DNA of 64,000 nt. It comes from a virus. Lineage: Duplodnaviria > Caudoviricetes. Position numbers and translations under genes: made by a program. The stretch lies in IMG/VR virus record IMGVR_UViG_3300022555_000003, positions 32,001 to 96,000 of that record; one strand, 5' to 3'. Positions 8,550 through 17,377 of the stretch are shown piece by piece. Position 1 is the first letter of the stretch. Each line of letters opens with the position of its first letter. Below the pieces are notes generated by a model that searched no databases, had not been told where the DNA came from, and was given only the letters and a program-made list of their open reading frames with translations.

Positions 8550-10649
8550 ATGACACACAACACAATTCTGTTTAAGAAACGTAACAAGTTTTTGATTCCG
8601 CAACAAAATAATTTTATTTCAGGTGCAGCAGTTGCAGCATTTTGCCGTAATTGTGAAGGTTTAGGATATATTCCAAGTCTCGCATTTTTGGAATCATTTC
8701 AATGCTTAGACCAATACACGGCAGAACTTATTCATAATGAAGTTATTTTTGAACTGAAGAATGCTCGTGGTGTTGCAAAGTATGCACCACTGTATCCAAA
8801 TTTCCCACGTCAAGTGATGGATGCAACTGAGTCATTTCTATATCTAAATGCAACAGCTCATTATCTTACAGCATTTTTGAGTGACATCACAGACGGTGCA
8901 TTTGAAATTTGGACTCCAAAATTTGCAACATCAAAGCGTGAAACATTGCGTGATAAGATTAAGTTGGAAGTATTTGAACTTGGTTCAGAACAAGACCTAT
9001 CTGATATCTTTTCTCAACTTGTAACAAGTAACACAAGTTTGAGTCAAGAAGACAAAGACGCAATTGAATGGTTTGTTCAAAATGGAGATATTGAACTTAC
9101 AAAACCTATTCCAAACAAAGAGAATTTAGCTATTATTGGTTCATTGCTGATCAAAAATAAGACTCCGGGTGTTGAATTAATCCTAAAAGGGTATGTTAAA
9201 ACTGCAACTGATGTATTACGAATTGCATGTGCAATGAATGGTGGAGATGTTAGTTTAGCAACGCCAACAAAGTTTACAACTTTCAAACGTAGTGAACGCA
9301 GAGCACTATTAGGATTTTTAGAATCATCTAATGGTAGTGATGAAGATCTTGCGCGGTGGGCTGGTCGTTGGATACGTCTAGCAGAAAAACTTCACCCTGG
9401 TGAATATCGAAAGCATTTTCCAAATACATGGGAAGCATTTTATCGCCTGCGTTCTGGAAATTTAGATCAAAGCTTTAATAGTAAAGTTGAATCTGCTATT
9501 AAGACTAAAAATACCAAAGTAATCAGACATTTATTGTCTTCGCGACCAGGCGATTTTGCTCGTCGTTTAGATAAAGTCGTTCGTGACTCTCAAGATACTG
9601 AATTATTAATTGATGCTTGGAAGAAAGTTGCTGACAAAGTAAGCACACCAGTTCTATTACAAGTCAAAGAGCATTTTTATAATCGGATGAAACCATCAAC
9701 AGATCGAGTATTTTTTCCAAAAGGAAATATTGCTAAAGTACAATGTATTCCTAATACTTTACCTGACCTACAATTTCAAAATTGTTTGTCTGTGGCAAAT
9801 ATTTGCAGCAATGTTTTATCAAATCGATTTAGTCAATTACCAAATTTAGGAAAGATTTATATTAATCCTGAATTGAAAAATTATCTACTGCCATTCAGTC
9901 AACGTAGCGCAAGTTCGGGCCTGCGGAGGTTAGTACGTGGTAGTAAAGTTGCAATTGAAGGCGGAAAAAATGTTGTTCGATTCTTCATTCATTGGAAAGA
10001 TGGCGAAGGAAGAACCGATCTTGACTTGAGTGCTTGTTTATATGATGGAGATTGGAATAAGTCGGAGGACATTGCTTATTATAATCTAAGAGACAACAAG
10101 TTTGGAGCTTTCCACAGTGGAGATATTACTTCTGCACCTAACGGAGCAGCTGAATATATTGATATCGATTTATCAAAAGTTGTTAAGAGTGGTTCTAGAT
10201 ATGTTATTATGATGGTCAATAGTTTTACTGGTCAAACATTTAATACTATTCCAGAAATTAGTGCAGGTTGGCAATTACGTAACAAATCACAGTCTGGAGA
10301 AGTTTTTGAATCAAAAACTGTTGTGGATAGATTTGATATCACAAGCACAAGCAAGCAATTGATGCCGTTAATTATCGATGCAGTTGATCGATGTGTTATT
10401 TGGTGTGACGCTGCAATTACCATTAATGGTCGATATTCAAATAATGTTGCATCAAATAAAAATGCAATTGGTATTCTTGGTAAAGCGTTTACACATATCA
10501 ACAAACCAAATTGTTACGATTTATTCATGCTTCATTCAAGTCGTGGCGTTCTGGTAAGCTCTAAAGAATTAGCTGATACAATTTTTGATGTTAATGAAGG
10601 TATCAAGCCCACTGACTTAGAAATTATTGCATCGCAGTTCATGCAGTGA
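8550..10649 (+). CDS. Large helical protein with C-terminal TerD-like domain
   Basis: C-terminal RFFIHW..RTDLDLSA..YD...YYN...HSGDITSAP.GAAEYIDIDL is TerD-like; RPGDFARRLD and TATDVLR recall a known TerD-fused stress-protein family. Confidence 0.7.
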   Translation: MTHNTILFKKRNKFLIPQQNNFISGAAVAAFCRNCEGLGYIPSLAFLESFQCLDQYTAELIHNEVIFELKNARGVAKYAPLYPNFPRQVMDATESFLYLNATAHYLTAFLSDITDGAFEIWTPKFATSKRETLRDKIKLEVFELGSEQDLSDIFSQLVTSNTSLSQEDKDAIEWFVQNGDIELTKPIPNKENLAIIGSLLIKNKTPGVELILKGYVKTATDVLRIACAMNGGDVSLATPTKFTTFKRSERRALLGFLESSNGSDEDLARWAGRWIRLAEKLHPGEYRKHFPNTWEAFYRLRSGNLDQSFNSKVESAIKTKNTKVIRHLLSSRPGDFARRLDKVVRDSQDTELLIDAWKKVADKVSTPVLLQVKEHFYNRMKPSTDRVFFPKGNIAKVQCIPNTLPDLQFQNCLSVANICSNVLSNRFSQLPNLGKIYINPELKNYLLPFSQRSASSGLRRLVRGSKVAIEGGKNVVRFFIHWKDGEGRTDLDLSACLYDGDWNKSEDIAYYNLRDNKFGAFHSGDITSAPNGAAEYIDIDLSKVVKSGSRYVIMMVNSFTGQTFNTIPEISAGWQLRNKSQSGEVFESKTVVDRFDITSTSKQLMPLIIDAVDRCVIWCDAAITINGRYSNNVASNKNAIGILGKAFTHINKPNCYDLFMLHSSRGVLVSSKELADTIFDVNEGIKPTDLEIIASQFMQ

Positions 10650-10650
10650 C

Positions 10651-11076
10651 ATGATTGATTTATACGAATCTCCAAACAATAATGATTTACTATGGAAATC
10701 TTGTCACTGTGATTCAGATAGACAAGATTTTCATGGTCAAGATTTGCGTAAGGTAGATCTATACTATACAGATTTGCGTGGAGCAGATATGAGCCATGTA
10801 AATTTGTACAGAGCATTTTTGTGTGGCACAAATTTACGATCTGCCAATTTAAGTCATTCGAATTTAAGTTTTACAAATTTGTGTGATGCAGATTTGCGTG
10901 GTTCAAACTTGAACAGTGCAGATTTGCGTGGAACAAACCTACGCGGAGCAGACCTACGCGGAGCAGATGTAGAAAATGTAAAAATAGATAAATCTACAAT
11001 AATTACACCATCAACAACATTTGATACTGAACAGTTAACGTATTTAATACTCAGAGGACTTGTATACTGCAAATAA
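10651..11076 (+). CDS. Pentapeptide-repeat protein (family P)
   Basis: A(D/N)Lxx repeats; C-terminal TTFDTEQLTYLILRGL; likely start 10651. Confidence 0.9.
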   Translation: MIDLYESPNNNDLLWKSCHCDSDRQDFHGQDLRKVDLYYTDLRGADMSHVNLYRAFLCGTNLRSANLSHSNLSFTNLCDADLRGSNLNSADLRGTNLRGADLRGADVENVKIDKSTIITPSTTFDTEQLTYLILRGLVYCK

Positions 11077-11102
11077 GTCGTTTGTTTTCAATAGAGATAT
11101 AA

Positions 11103-11224
11103 CCACAAAACGTCGTATAACGCATTTTCTAACTAAAGTTGGGGCTAATGTACCAGATATGCCCTCAGAATTGCTTAAACGACGTTTTGTTTTGGTTGAC
11201 ATGTAGTTGTCTAACTGTTATAAT
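11103..11224 (+). repeat. Palindromic promoter cassette, copy 1
   Basis: CAAAACGTCG...CGACGTTTTG followed by TTGACA-17-TATAAT. Confidence 0.85.
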
Positions 11225-11231
11225 TATTAAT

Positions 11232-11414
11232 ATGAATGAACAAATTGATCTTGCAATTGATTATCTTAAGCAAGAAGCATAGAAATGTGCTACTGAATTA
11301 TCAGCTCTTTCTGGACCAGAAATGATGTACAGAACGGGAAAATTGGTGGGGTTTAACATTGCGCTCACTAAATTATATGAAATTAGACTTAATGTTGTTG
11401 AAAACAAAGGCTAA
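11232..11414 (+). pseudogene. Small gene with in-frame TAG, paralogue of 11945-12151
   Basis: MNEQIDLAIDYLKQEA*KCATEL...YRTGKLVGFNIAL...VENKG; TAG at 11280-11282. Confidence 0.6.
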
Positions 11415-11415
11415 A

Positions 11416-11610
11416 ATGACAGAAAAAACTATCTCAGTTATTCGAAAAGCTCTAGAAGGCAAAGCAGAGATTGAATTTGTTGACGGAGATCCAGTTGTAC
11501 ATGTATATTACAGAAAACAAAGCAAATACCAAGATCAATTAATTGAAGATGTTAAGAAAATCTTGGATACTTTTAGGCTAATCTGTGCCTCAACTGGGAA
11601 GAATGGGTAG
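11416..11610 (+). CDS. Hypothetical protein
   Basis: ORF from likely start MTEKTIS. Confidence 0.6.
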   Translation: MTEKTISVIRKALEGKAEIEFVDGDPVVHVYYRKQSKYQDQLIEDVKKILDTFRLICASTGKNG

Positions 11611-11627
11611 ATCTAAGTTGATATTTA

Positions 11628-11948
11628 ATGTTGTTGACATGTATTAATATGAATGCAAAATATAGTGGTATGTCCAAAGAAGAAGTAAGGGCAAATATTG
11701 CCTCAGCTATACAGATTTCTGACCCTATCAATAAAGCATTAGAAGGGCATGGCGGGATACAAATTACTGATAACAATAAGTTTATAGCATGGGTATATTA
11801 CAGAGCTGAGCGTCAACTAGAAGCAAATGATAGAGTAAAAGATATACTTGCTACATTTGGGCTGATACTTAGCAAACCAATCAATAAATCTGGCGTATAT
11901 AAAGTGGTTGACACGAACACACCAAAACTGCTATCATTAATAGTATGA
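11628..11948 (+). CDS. Hypothetical protein
   Basis: ORF track; coupled to the next gene. Confidence 0.55.
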   Translation: MLLTCINMNAKYSGMSKEEVRANIASAIQISDPINKALEGHGGIQITDNNKFIAWVYYRAERQLEANDRVKDILATFGLILSKPINKSGVYKVVDTNTPKLLSLIV

Positions 11949-12151
11949 TTAAACAAATTGATTCACAGATTGCTCAACTTGAGGCTGATATTTCAGCATT
12001 TTCTGATCGACGCCATGTTGAAATGCGCAATGATTCGTCTGCGGCTCTTTATCTAACAGGAAAAATTGATGGATATAGCGTAGCCGTCAACAATCTCGAA
12101 ACATTGAAACGCAAGTTTCTTGCTGGTGAACTTGTTGAAAACAAAGCATAA
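11945..12151 (+). CDS. Small helical hypothetical protein
   Basis: Similar to 11232-11414. Confidence 0.65.
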   Translation: MIKQIDSQIAQLEADISAFSDRRHVEMRNDSSAALYLTGKIDGYSVAVNNLETLKRKFLAGELVENKA

Positions 12152-12195
12152 AATTGATGGTTGACTTAGATACACCAAACTGTTATACTTATTAT

Positions 12196-12426
12196 ATGAG
12201 CATAAGCACAACGACAAGCAAAGATTACAAAAGAACGCAGACGAGTACAGAGCAGATGAAGAAGCGAATTGCTGAAAATAAGGCAATTGATGAACGGATT
12301 GCAGCCGCAAAGCTTGTGGCTGAGACTCCAGTTGTTCCTGCTGCAAAGCTTTCAAAAACAGAAGGCTTGCGTCGCGAAGTTGGTAATGGAACTGCACCGT
12401 TCACTTTCTTTTCATTCAGAGGCTAA
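12196..12426 (+). CDS. Hypothetical early protein
   Basis: Follows TTGACT...TATACT promoter (~12161-12189). Confidence 0.6.
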   Translation: MSISTTTSKDYKRTQTSTEQMKKRIAENKAIDERIAAAKLVAETPVVPAAKLSKTEGLRREVGNGTAPFTFFSFRG

Positions 12427-12427
12427 A

Positions 12428-12577
12428 ATGAAACCAGTTATTACATTTACGATACCAGCAAGCGAATATCATCGTACTCGCAGCAAAGTTATTTATGAAA
12501 AAGTGATAACTGATAAGCGCACAAAAGAACGCCGTCGCCAACCCAAACATAGGAAGAAAATTAATGTTGACAATTAA
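12428..12577 (+). CDS. Small basic hypothetical protein
   Basis: MKPVITF...RRRQPKHRKK. Confidence 0.5.
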   Translation: MKPVITFTIPASEYHRTRSKVIYEKVITDKRTKERRRQPKHRKKINVDN

Positions 12578-12812
12578 AGAAATTAACGAAATCGTCGAAC
12601 AGACATCAAATGCCTACTCTGTAGATAGTTATACAAGTTGGCCAGAATGTGTTAGAATGCTTTCACGTAAGAATTTTAACAAATTTGAAATTTTATCTAT
12701 TTTGAGATCCAAGTGGGCGCGGTGGGCTGCTGATTCGTCAGAAGGAAGTCACAGAGCTACTAGTGAGGATCTAGAAAAGTTTGTTAATAAATTTTCAGCT
12801 AAAGATGTTTAA
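12564..12812 (+). CDS. Hypothetical protein
   Basis: ORF track; AYS.DSY.SW...ILRSKWARWAAD. Confidence 0.65.
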   Translation: MLTIKEINEIVEQTSNAYSVDSYTSWPECVRMLSRKNFNKFEILSILRSKWARWAADSSEGSHRATSEDLEKFVNKFSAKDV

Positions 12813-13022
12813 GATTTAACGAAAGAATCTTTCCCACAGTATAACCCAATTACCAAATGCATAGAAAAAGATGATGTTTTTGGAGATACAATGAAAGAGA
12901 TTCGTGCAGAATATTTTCTTTTAAGTGATTCAGCCCTTAACAAGCTTAGTTTGCTGATTCAGCATGTTGCAAATGATGCATATGATCGCGGCAATATAGA
13001 CGGACGAAGTAAGTAAAATAAC

Positions 13023-13211
13023 ATGGAAGAAATTTCTGATTTAGAAGACAGAGCTAAAGCGGTATTATATGATATTAAAGAAACTGTTGAGCAATTAACT
13101 TGGAATTTAGATATTGATGGTGGTTCTTTGCTCAAAGCTCAAGCAGAAGATTTAATGTCAATACTACGTGATATTAGAAACTTACGAAAAAACAATAACA
13201 AAAAAGGATAA
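13023..13211 (+). CDS. Hypothetical protein
   Basis: ORF track. Confidence 0.55.
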   Translation: MEEISDLEDRAKAVLYDIKETVEQLTWNLDIDGGSLLKAQAEDLMSILRDIRNLRKNNNKKG

Positions 13212-13215
13212 ATTA

Positions 13216-14112
13216 ATGATTGCATATATTCTAAAAGGTCTTCCAGCTTCTGGAAAATCAATGTGGGCAAAAGAACAGTCCAACAAAACTGGTGCAGTTA
13301 TTGTTAACAACGACACCATTCGCAAAGAGATTTATGAAGATCAAGGTAACGAAACTTGGTCAAGCAAAGTCGAAAAGCAAGTAAAGATTTTGCGTGAAGA
13401 TCAAATTGAAATGGCTGCTCGTGATGGCAAAGATGTAATTGTTGACAATACTCACTGCAACCCTAAGACTTATGATGCAATCAAGCAATTCTGTTTTGAT
13501 CTTGGTTATGATGTTGAAGTAATCGATTTCATGCATGTCTCATTAGCTGAATGTATACGTCGTGACTCACTTCGAACAGGATCGGCTCGCGTTGGTGAAG
13601 CTGTAATTCGACGCATGAATAAATTAGCGAATGTTGCAAAATTTTCTGATCCACTTCCTGGATGGATTCCAACTCTACAAAAGAATTTGATTATTGTAGA
13701 CGTTGATGGTACATTGGCTGAAATTCAAAATCGTGGACCATACGATGAACACTTAGTTTATAATGATAAGCCACGAAATCACGTCGTGGTAGCTGTCAAA
13801 GCAATGTTGAGTTTTCCTCGAACCGAGTTGGTTGTAATGAGTGGACGAAGCGAAGCCTGCTATGATAAAACATATAGCTGGTTAATTGATAAGTGTGGTT
13901 TCGCAGAAAATTCTTTTACTCTGCTTATGAGAGCGAAAGGTGATCGACGTCGCGATAGCGTTGTAAAACGCGAATTGTATGATGAATACATTGCTGGAAA
14001 GTTTAATGTGATGGCAGTATTTGATGACCGCGCGAGCGTCATCAAAGAATGTTGGTCTGCGCTTAATCTTCCGGTTTTTCGTTGCGGTGTAATTGACAAG
14101 GACGATTTCTAA
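13216..14112 (+). CDS. pseT: Polynucleotide 5'-kinase/3'-phosphatase (T4 PseT-like)
   Basis: N-terminal P-loop GLPASGKS, VIVDNT; C-terminal HAD DVDGT, SGR, RRDSVVK, FDDR. Confidence 0.9.
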   Translation: MIAYILKGLPASGKSMWAKEQSNKTGAVIVNNDTIRKEIYEDQGNETWSSKVEKQVKILREDQIEMAARDGKDVIVDNTHCNPKTYDAIKQFCFDLGYDVEVIDFMHVSLAECIRRDSLRTGSARVGEAVIRRMNKLANVAKFSDPLPGWIPTLQKNLIIVDVDGTLAEIQNRGPYDEHLVYNDKPRNHVVVAVKAMLSFPRTELVVMSGRSEACYDKTYSWLIDKCGFAENSFTLLMRAKGDRRRDSVVKRELYDEYIAGKFNVMAVFDDRASVIKECWSALNLPVFRCGVIDKDDF

Positions 14113-14278
14113 ATGTTTGTAATTTTTCAAAATCAGACTGATGAATTTACTTTTTCATCTGACATATTGCTTGGTGCATTTGAGAAATATTCAGATGGCA
14201 CTACAGCCTTATTAGATATTTCGACACAGTTTCCACAATGTGATTTTTGGATGACTGGAATGGAAATGGAGAAAATTT

Positions 14279-15154
14279 GTGCAAACAGTTAGTAGTTTAC
14301 CAACAGCAAAAATTATTTGCGATTCAATTTCTCCATCTCCAGATCATATTCGTCTCACTACAATGGAGTTGAAGATTCATAGGTTTATTTTAGCAGAATT
14401 GAATACGCACAGAGTTTTTTCTAGAAATTCAGCATCGTCTCGTGCAATTCCTATTTCTAAAATAATCGAAAAGATCCAGACTGATCCAGCTATGCCTGTA
14501 TTCTGGGGAGCAAATCAGTCTGGGATGCAAGCTAAAGTTGAGTTAAGTGCAGATAAAAAAGAAGCTGCAATTTATGCTTGGTTGAAACAAAGAGATGCTG
14601 CAATTAAAACTGCTAAAGAATTATCTGATATTGGTGTTCATAAGCAATTAGCAAATAGATTATTGGAACCCTGGTTATGGCATTACGTAATTGTGACATC
14701 TACAGAATGGACTAATTTCTTTTCACAACGATGCAATGCAGATTCTCAACCAGAAACGCAATCGGCGGCGATGGCAGCTCAGTTTGCATATTACACTAGT
14801 AAACCTAAAGTGGTTAATTTTGAAGATTGGCATCTGCCATTTATTCAAGAAGATGAATTAACATTAGATATTGAAATGTTGAAAAAAGTATCTGCTGCTA
14901 GGTGTGCTAGGGTTTCATATTTGTCTCATGACGGTAAACGAGATATTGAAAAAGACTTGCAATTATATGAAAAATTGGCTTCTGCAAGTCCAATGCACGC
15001 AAGTCCATTTGAACATGTTGCTACACCACAAATATCATTTTTAGAAAATCCGAAGAATTTTAAAGGATGGATACAGATGAGGAATGAATTCAAGAATGAG
15101 AATTCAACAAAGTTTATTCCAAATCATCCTAAATTGGTTAATAGAGAATGGTAG
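14279..15154 (+). CDS. thyX: Flavin-dependent thymidylate synthase (ThyX/Thy1-like, phage type)
   Basis: RFILAELNTHRVFSRNSASSRAIP, HKQLANRLLEPW, SAARCARVSY, HASPFEH. Confidence 0.75.
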   Translation: MQTVSSLPTAKIICDSISPSPDHIRLTTMELKIHRFILAELNTHRVFSRNSASSRAIPISKIIEKIQTDPAMPVFWGANQSGMQAKVELSADKKEAAIYAWLKQRDAAIKTAKELSDIGVHKQLANRLLEPWLWHYVIVTSTEWTNFFSQRCNADSQPETQSAAMAAQFAYYTSKPKVVNFEDWHLPFIQEDELTLDIEMLKKVSAARCARVSYLSHDGKRDIEKDLQLYEKLASASPMHASPFEHVATPQISFLENPKNFKGWIQMRNEFKNENSTKFIPNHPKLVNREW

Positions 15155-15381
15155 TTTTTAAAATTAAGAATTTAGCAACAGGATTATTTTATAGACCATA
15201 TCGAATAGTGAACACTAATCTTTCTACATACCAAACCAAAACAAATTTGAGCAAAAATGGAAAATTATATTCTAAACGTCCTTCACTCAAATTTATTGGA
15301 GAAGGATATTATTCACATTTTTTACCCCATACATTAATTCAATTTGTTGAATCTGAATGGGAAATACAAGAAATCAGTTGA
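15148..15381 (+). CDS. Hypothetical protein
   Basis: ORF track. Confidence 0.55.
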   Translation: MVVFKIKNLATGLFYRPYRIVNTNLSTYQTKTNLSKNGKLYSKRPSLKFIGEGYYSHFLPHTLIQFVESEWEIQEIS

Positions 15382-15418
15382 CATGAGTTGGAAATTCTGT
15401 TATAATTAAATAGTAAAG

Positions 15419-15610
15419 ATGACAAAACAAAAATTGCAAGAACTAGCAACAGCATTAGATTATGCTGAATTTGTAAAAGATAAATTTGGTAAAGAGCAGG
15501 CTATCTTTCAAGATAAGATGCTTAGAGCAGGAATTGGATATCTTGATTTTGATCCAAAATATTTTTTAGCATCTGACATCACGTCGCTAGAAGGATGGGC
15601 GACTAAATAA
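15419..15610 (+). CDS. Hypothetical protein
   Basis: Preceded by TTGACA...TATAAT promoter (~15379-15406). Confidence 0.6.
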   Translation: MTKQKLQELATALDYAEFVKDKFGKEQAIFQDKMLRAGIGYLDFDPKYFLASDITSLEGWATK

Positions 15611-15620
15611 GTAGTACAAT

Positions 15621-15693
15621 GGGGTTGTAGCTCAGTTGGGAGAGCGCCTGATTTGCACTCAGGAGGTCATCGGTTCGAACCCGTTCAGCTCCA
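15621..15693 (+). tRNA. tRNA-Ala(TGC)
   Basis: GGGGTTG/CAGCTCC acceptor, anticodon loop TTTGCAC, TTCGAAC T-loop. Confidence 0.93.
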
Positions 15694-15701
15694 CAAAATT
15701 T

Positions 15702-15773
15702 AGACCCGTAGCTTAATGGTGAAGCAAGAAGCTCATAATTTCTAGACTGAAAGTTCGATTCTTTCCGGGTCTA
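15702..15773 (+). tRNA. tRNA-Met/Ile2(CAT), elongator type
   Basis: AGACCCG/CGGGTCT acceptor, loop CTCATAA, TTCGATT T-loop; paired 1:72. Confidence 0.9.
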
Positions 15774-15794
15774 CTAAATTTAGGCAAAAATATT

Positions 15795-15992
15795 ATGATT
15801 AAAGATTTATGTAATGTGTTTGGTCCAATATTTTTATTAGCATATAGTTATGCTTGGGAGCAAGCCAACAAAGAGTTGATGGTTTATTTAGCCAATCCAT
15901 ATACAGTAACTACATTGGCGGTAATTCAGACGATTGCAATTGTGTGGATTATATACGGAGTATATACATTTGGTACTAGATATTTTGATTAA
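15795..15992 (+). CDS. Small membrane protein
   Basis: Two hydrophobic segments. Confidence 0.55.
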   Translation: MIKDLCNVFGPIFLLAYSYAWEQANKELMVYLANPYTVTTLAVIQTIAIVWIIYGVYTFGTRYFD

Positions 15993-16246
15993 TAATATTA
16001 TAACTAGAAATAATAAAGTGACACTTCGATATGAATATGAAGATAATATATTTACATATATTCCAGATTTTATAGATAATCAAGGAAATTTTATGGAAGT
16101 TAAAGGTTATTTATTTTCAAAAAAAGATATAGCTAAATATAATCAGACTAAGAATCGGGTTAAGTATTTTTAAAAATGACATTAACAAAATGATAAAGTA
16201 TTGTAAGGAAAAATATGGTATCCAATTTTGGAAACAATTATATGAG
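15990..16246 (+). pseudogene. Degenerate PD-(D/E)XK endonuclease fragment in tRNA cluster
   Basis: YEYEDNIFTYIPDF..NFMEVKG followed by a frameshift into KNDINKMIKYCKEKYG..FWKQLYE. Confidence 0.55.
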
Positions 16247-16320
16247 CCCCTGTAGCCCAATTGGCAGCAGGCAACAGACTCAAAATCTGTCAAGTGTTGG
16301 TTCGAATCCAATCAGGGGTA
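16246..16320 (+). tRNA. tRNA-Leu(CAA) with short variable loop
   Basis: GCCCCTG/CAGGGGT acceptor, ACAGA-CTCAAAA-TCTGT, variable loop CAAGT, TTCGAAT. Confidence 0.85.
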
Positions 16321-16353
16321 CTAAATAAATGAAAATGTCTGGTACTAAATTTT

Positions 16354-16593
16354 ATGTCTAACGCAACATGTAATAACGGATGGGGTTTTGAGCAACCAAA
16401 GTGTTGGTGTGGTAATAATTTAAATGAACATTGGCGTGGTAAAGAATGTCTCAGAACAACTGAAAAAAATAAATATGGTATTCGAGTAGGGCAGGTGTGG
16501 AATCGTGCAGACGGTACTAACGATAGCGTTGTTATTGGTTTTTCTTATTTTGATAAAGATGATGTAATTATAAAACGTATATTATCTGATTGA
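16354..16593 (+). CDS. Hypothetical protein (Cys-containing)
   Basis: ORF track. Confidence 0.5.
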   Translation: MSNATCNNGWGFEQPKCWCGNNLNEHWRGKECLRTTEKNKYGIRVGQVWNRADGTNDSVVIGFSYFDKDDVIIKRILSD

Positions 16594-16632
16594 TATGTTC
16601 AAATTGACATATCGGTATTATCTTCAGACTGT

Positions 16633-16896
16633 ATGAAAAAATCAATTATTGAATTGACGGGAGGAGAAGCAACAGTCTTGTCATGTATTGCAGCTTACGC
16701 CAATGAGAAAAACGCATCTAAAATTTTTGAAAAATTAATTAGTGAAACTACTCCGCGGGCTAGAAATATAGCTAAACAATTACTGACAGGAAAGTTTTCT
16801 GGAAAGTATTCTGAAGTAGCAAAAAGATTTTCAGATGCTGCAAAAAATAATTTAAAAAACGCATTGTTAATTGAAAAATTACGGAGACTTAAATGA
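16633..16896 (+). CDS. Hypothetical protein
   Basis: ORF track. Confidence 0.55.
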   Translation: MKKSIIELTGGEATVLSCIAAYANEKNASKIFEKLISETTPRARNIAKQLLTGKFSGKYSEVAKRFSDAAKNNLKNALLIEKLRRLK

Positions 16897-17084
16897 AAGA
16901 AACGTGTGTCAGTAGAAAATTTCATCGGCTTATAGCTTTAACATGTAAAGATTGTGGTAAGAGTTTGACACCCGAGCAAGCAATACACAATAATGTTGAT
17001 GTTGATTTATTTGATCAGTATGGTGTATACCCAGATGAATGTTGGGAATGCGGAGGGAGACCTTGTAAGGGTTGTTGGGGTTAA
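16893..17084 (+). CDS. Small Cys-rich (CxxC) protein
   Basis: CKDCG, CWECGG.PCKGC. Confidence 0.55.
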   Translation: MKETCVSRKFHRLIALTCKDCGKSLTPEQAIHNNVDVDLFDQYGVYPDECWECGGRPCKGCWG

Positions 17085-17085
17085 T

Positions 17086-17177
17086 GGAAAGGTGGCTGAG
17101 CGGCTTAAAGCAGCAGGTTGCTAACCTGTCGTACTAAGTAATTGGTACCGGGAGTTCAAATCTCCCCCTTTCCGCCA
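17086..17177 (+). tRNA. tRNA-Ser(GCT)
   Basis: GGAAAGG/CCTTTCC acceptor, long variable arm, G73-CCA. Confidence 0.93.
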
Positions 17178-17377
17178 AAGAATATGACCGAGAAAGAGTT
17201 TCAAAAATTAACATGTGGTTGGGATCGATGCGAAGTGTGCAGTAAAACTAAACCATTGGTCTTAGCATACGATATGAATATTGGAAAAACAATTGAGATT
17301 ATGCCAGATGGTTGGCCAAAGTATGTTTGCATAGACTGTGTAAATGATCCAATAGCTGAATATAGATTTGAGGAAAA

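Noticed and set aside
12810-13017. Frame stays open 68 codons past the TAA of 12564-12812 (possible read-through)
   Set aside because: A GGAGA SD plus ATG at ~12889 explains most of it as a separate small gene; no homologue evidence for fusion is available here.
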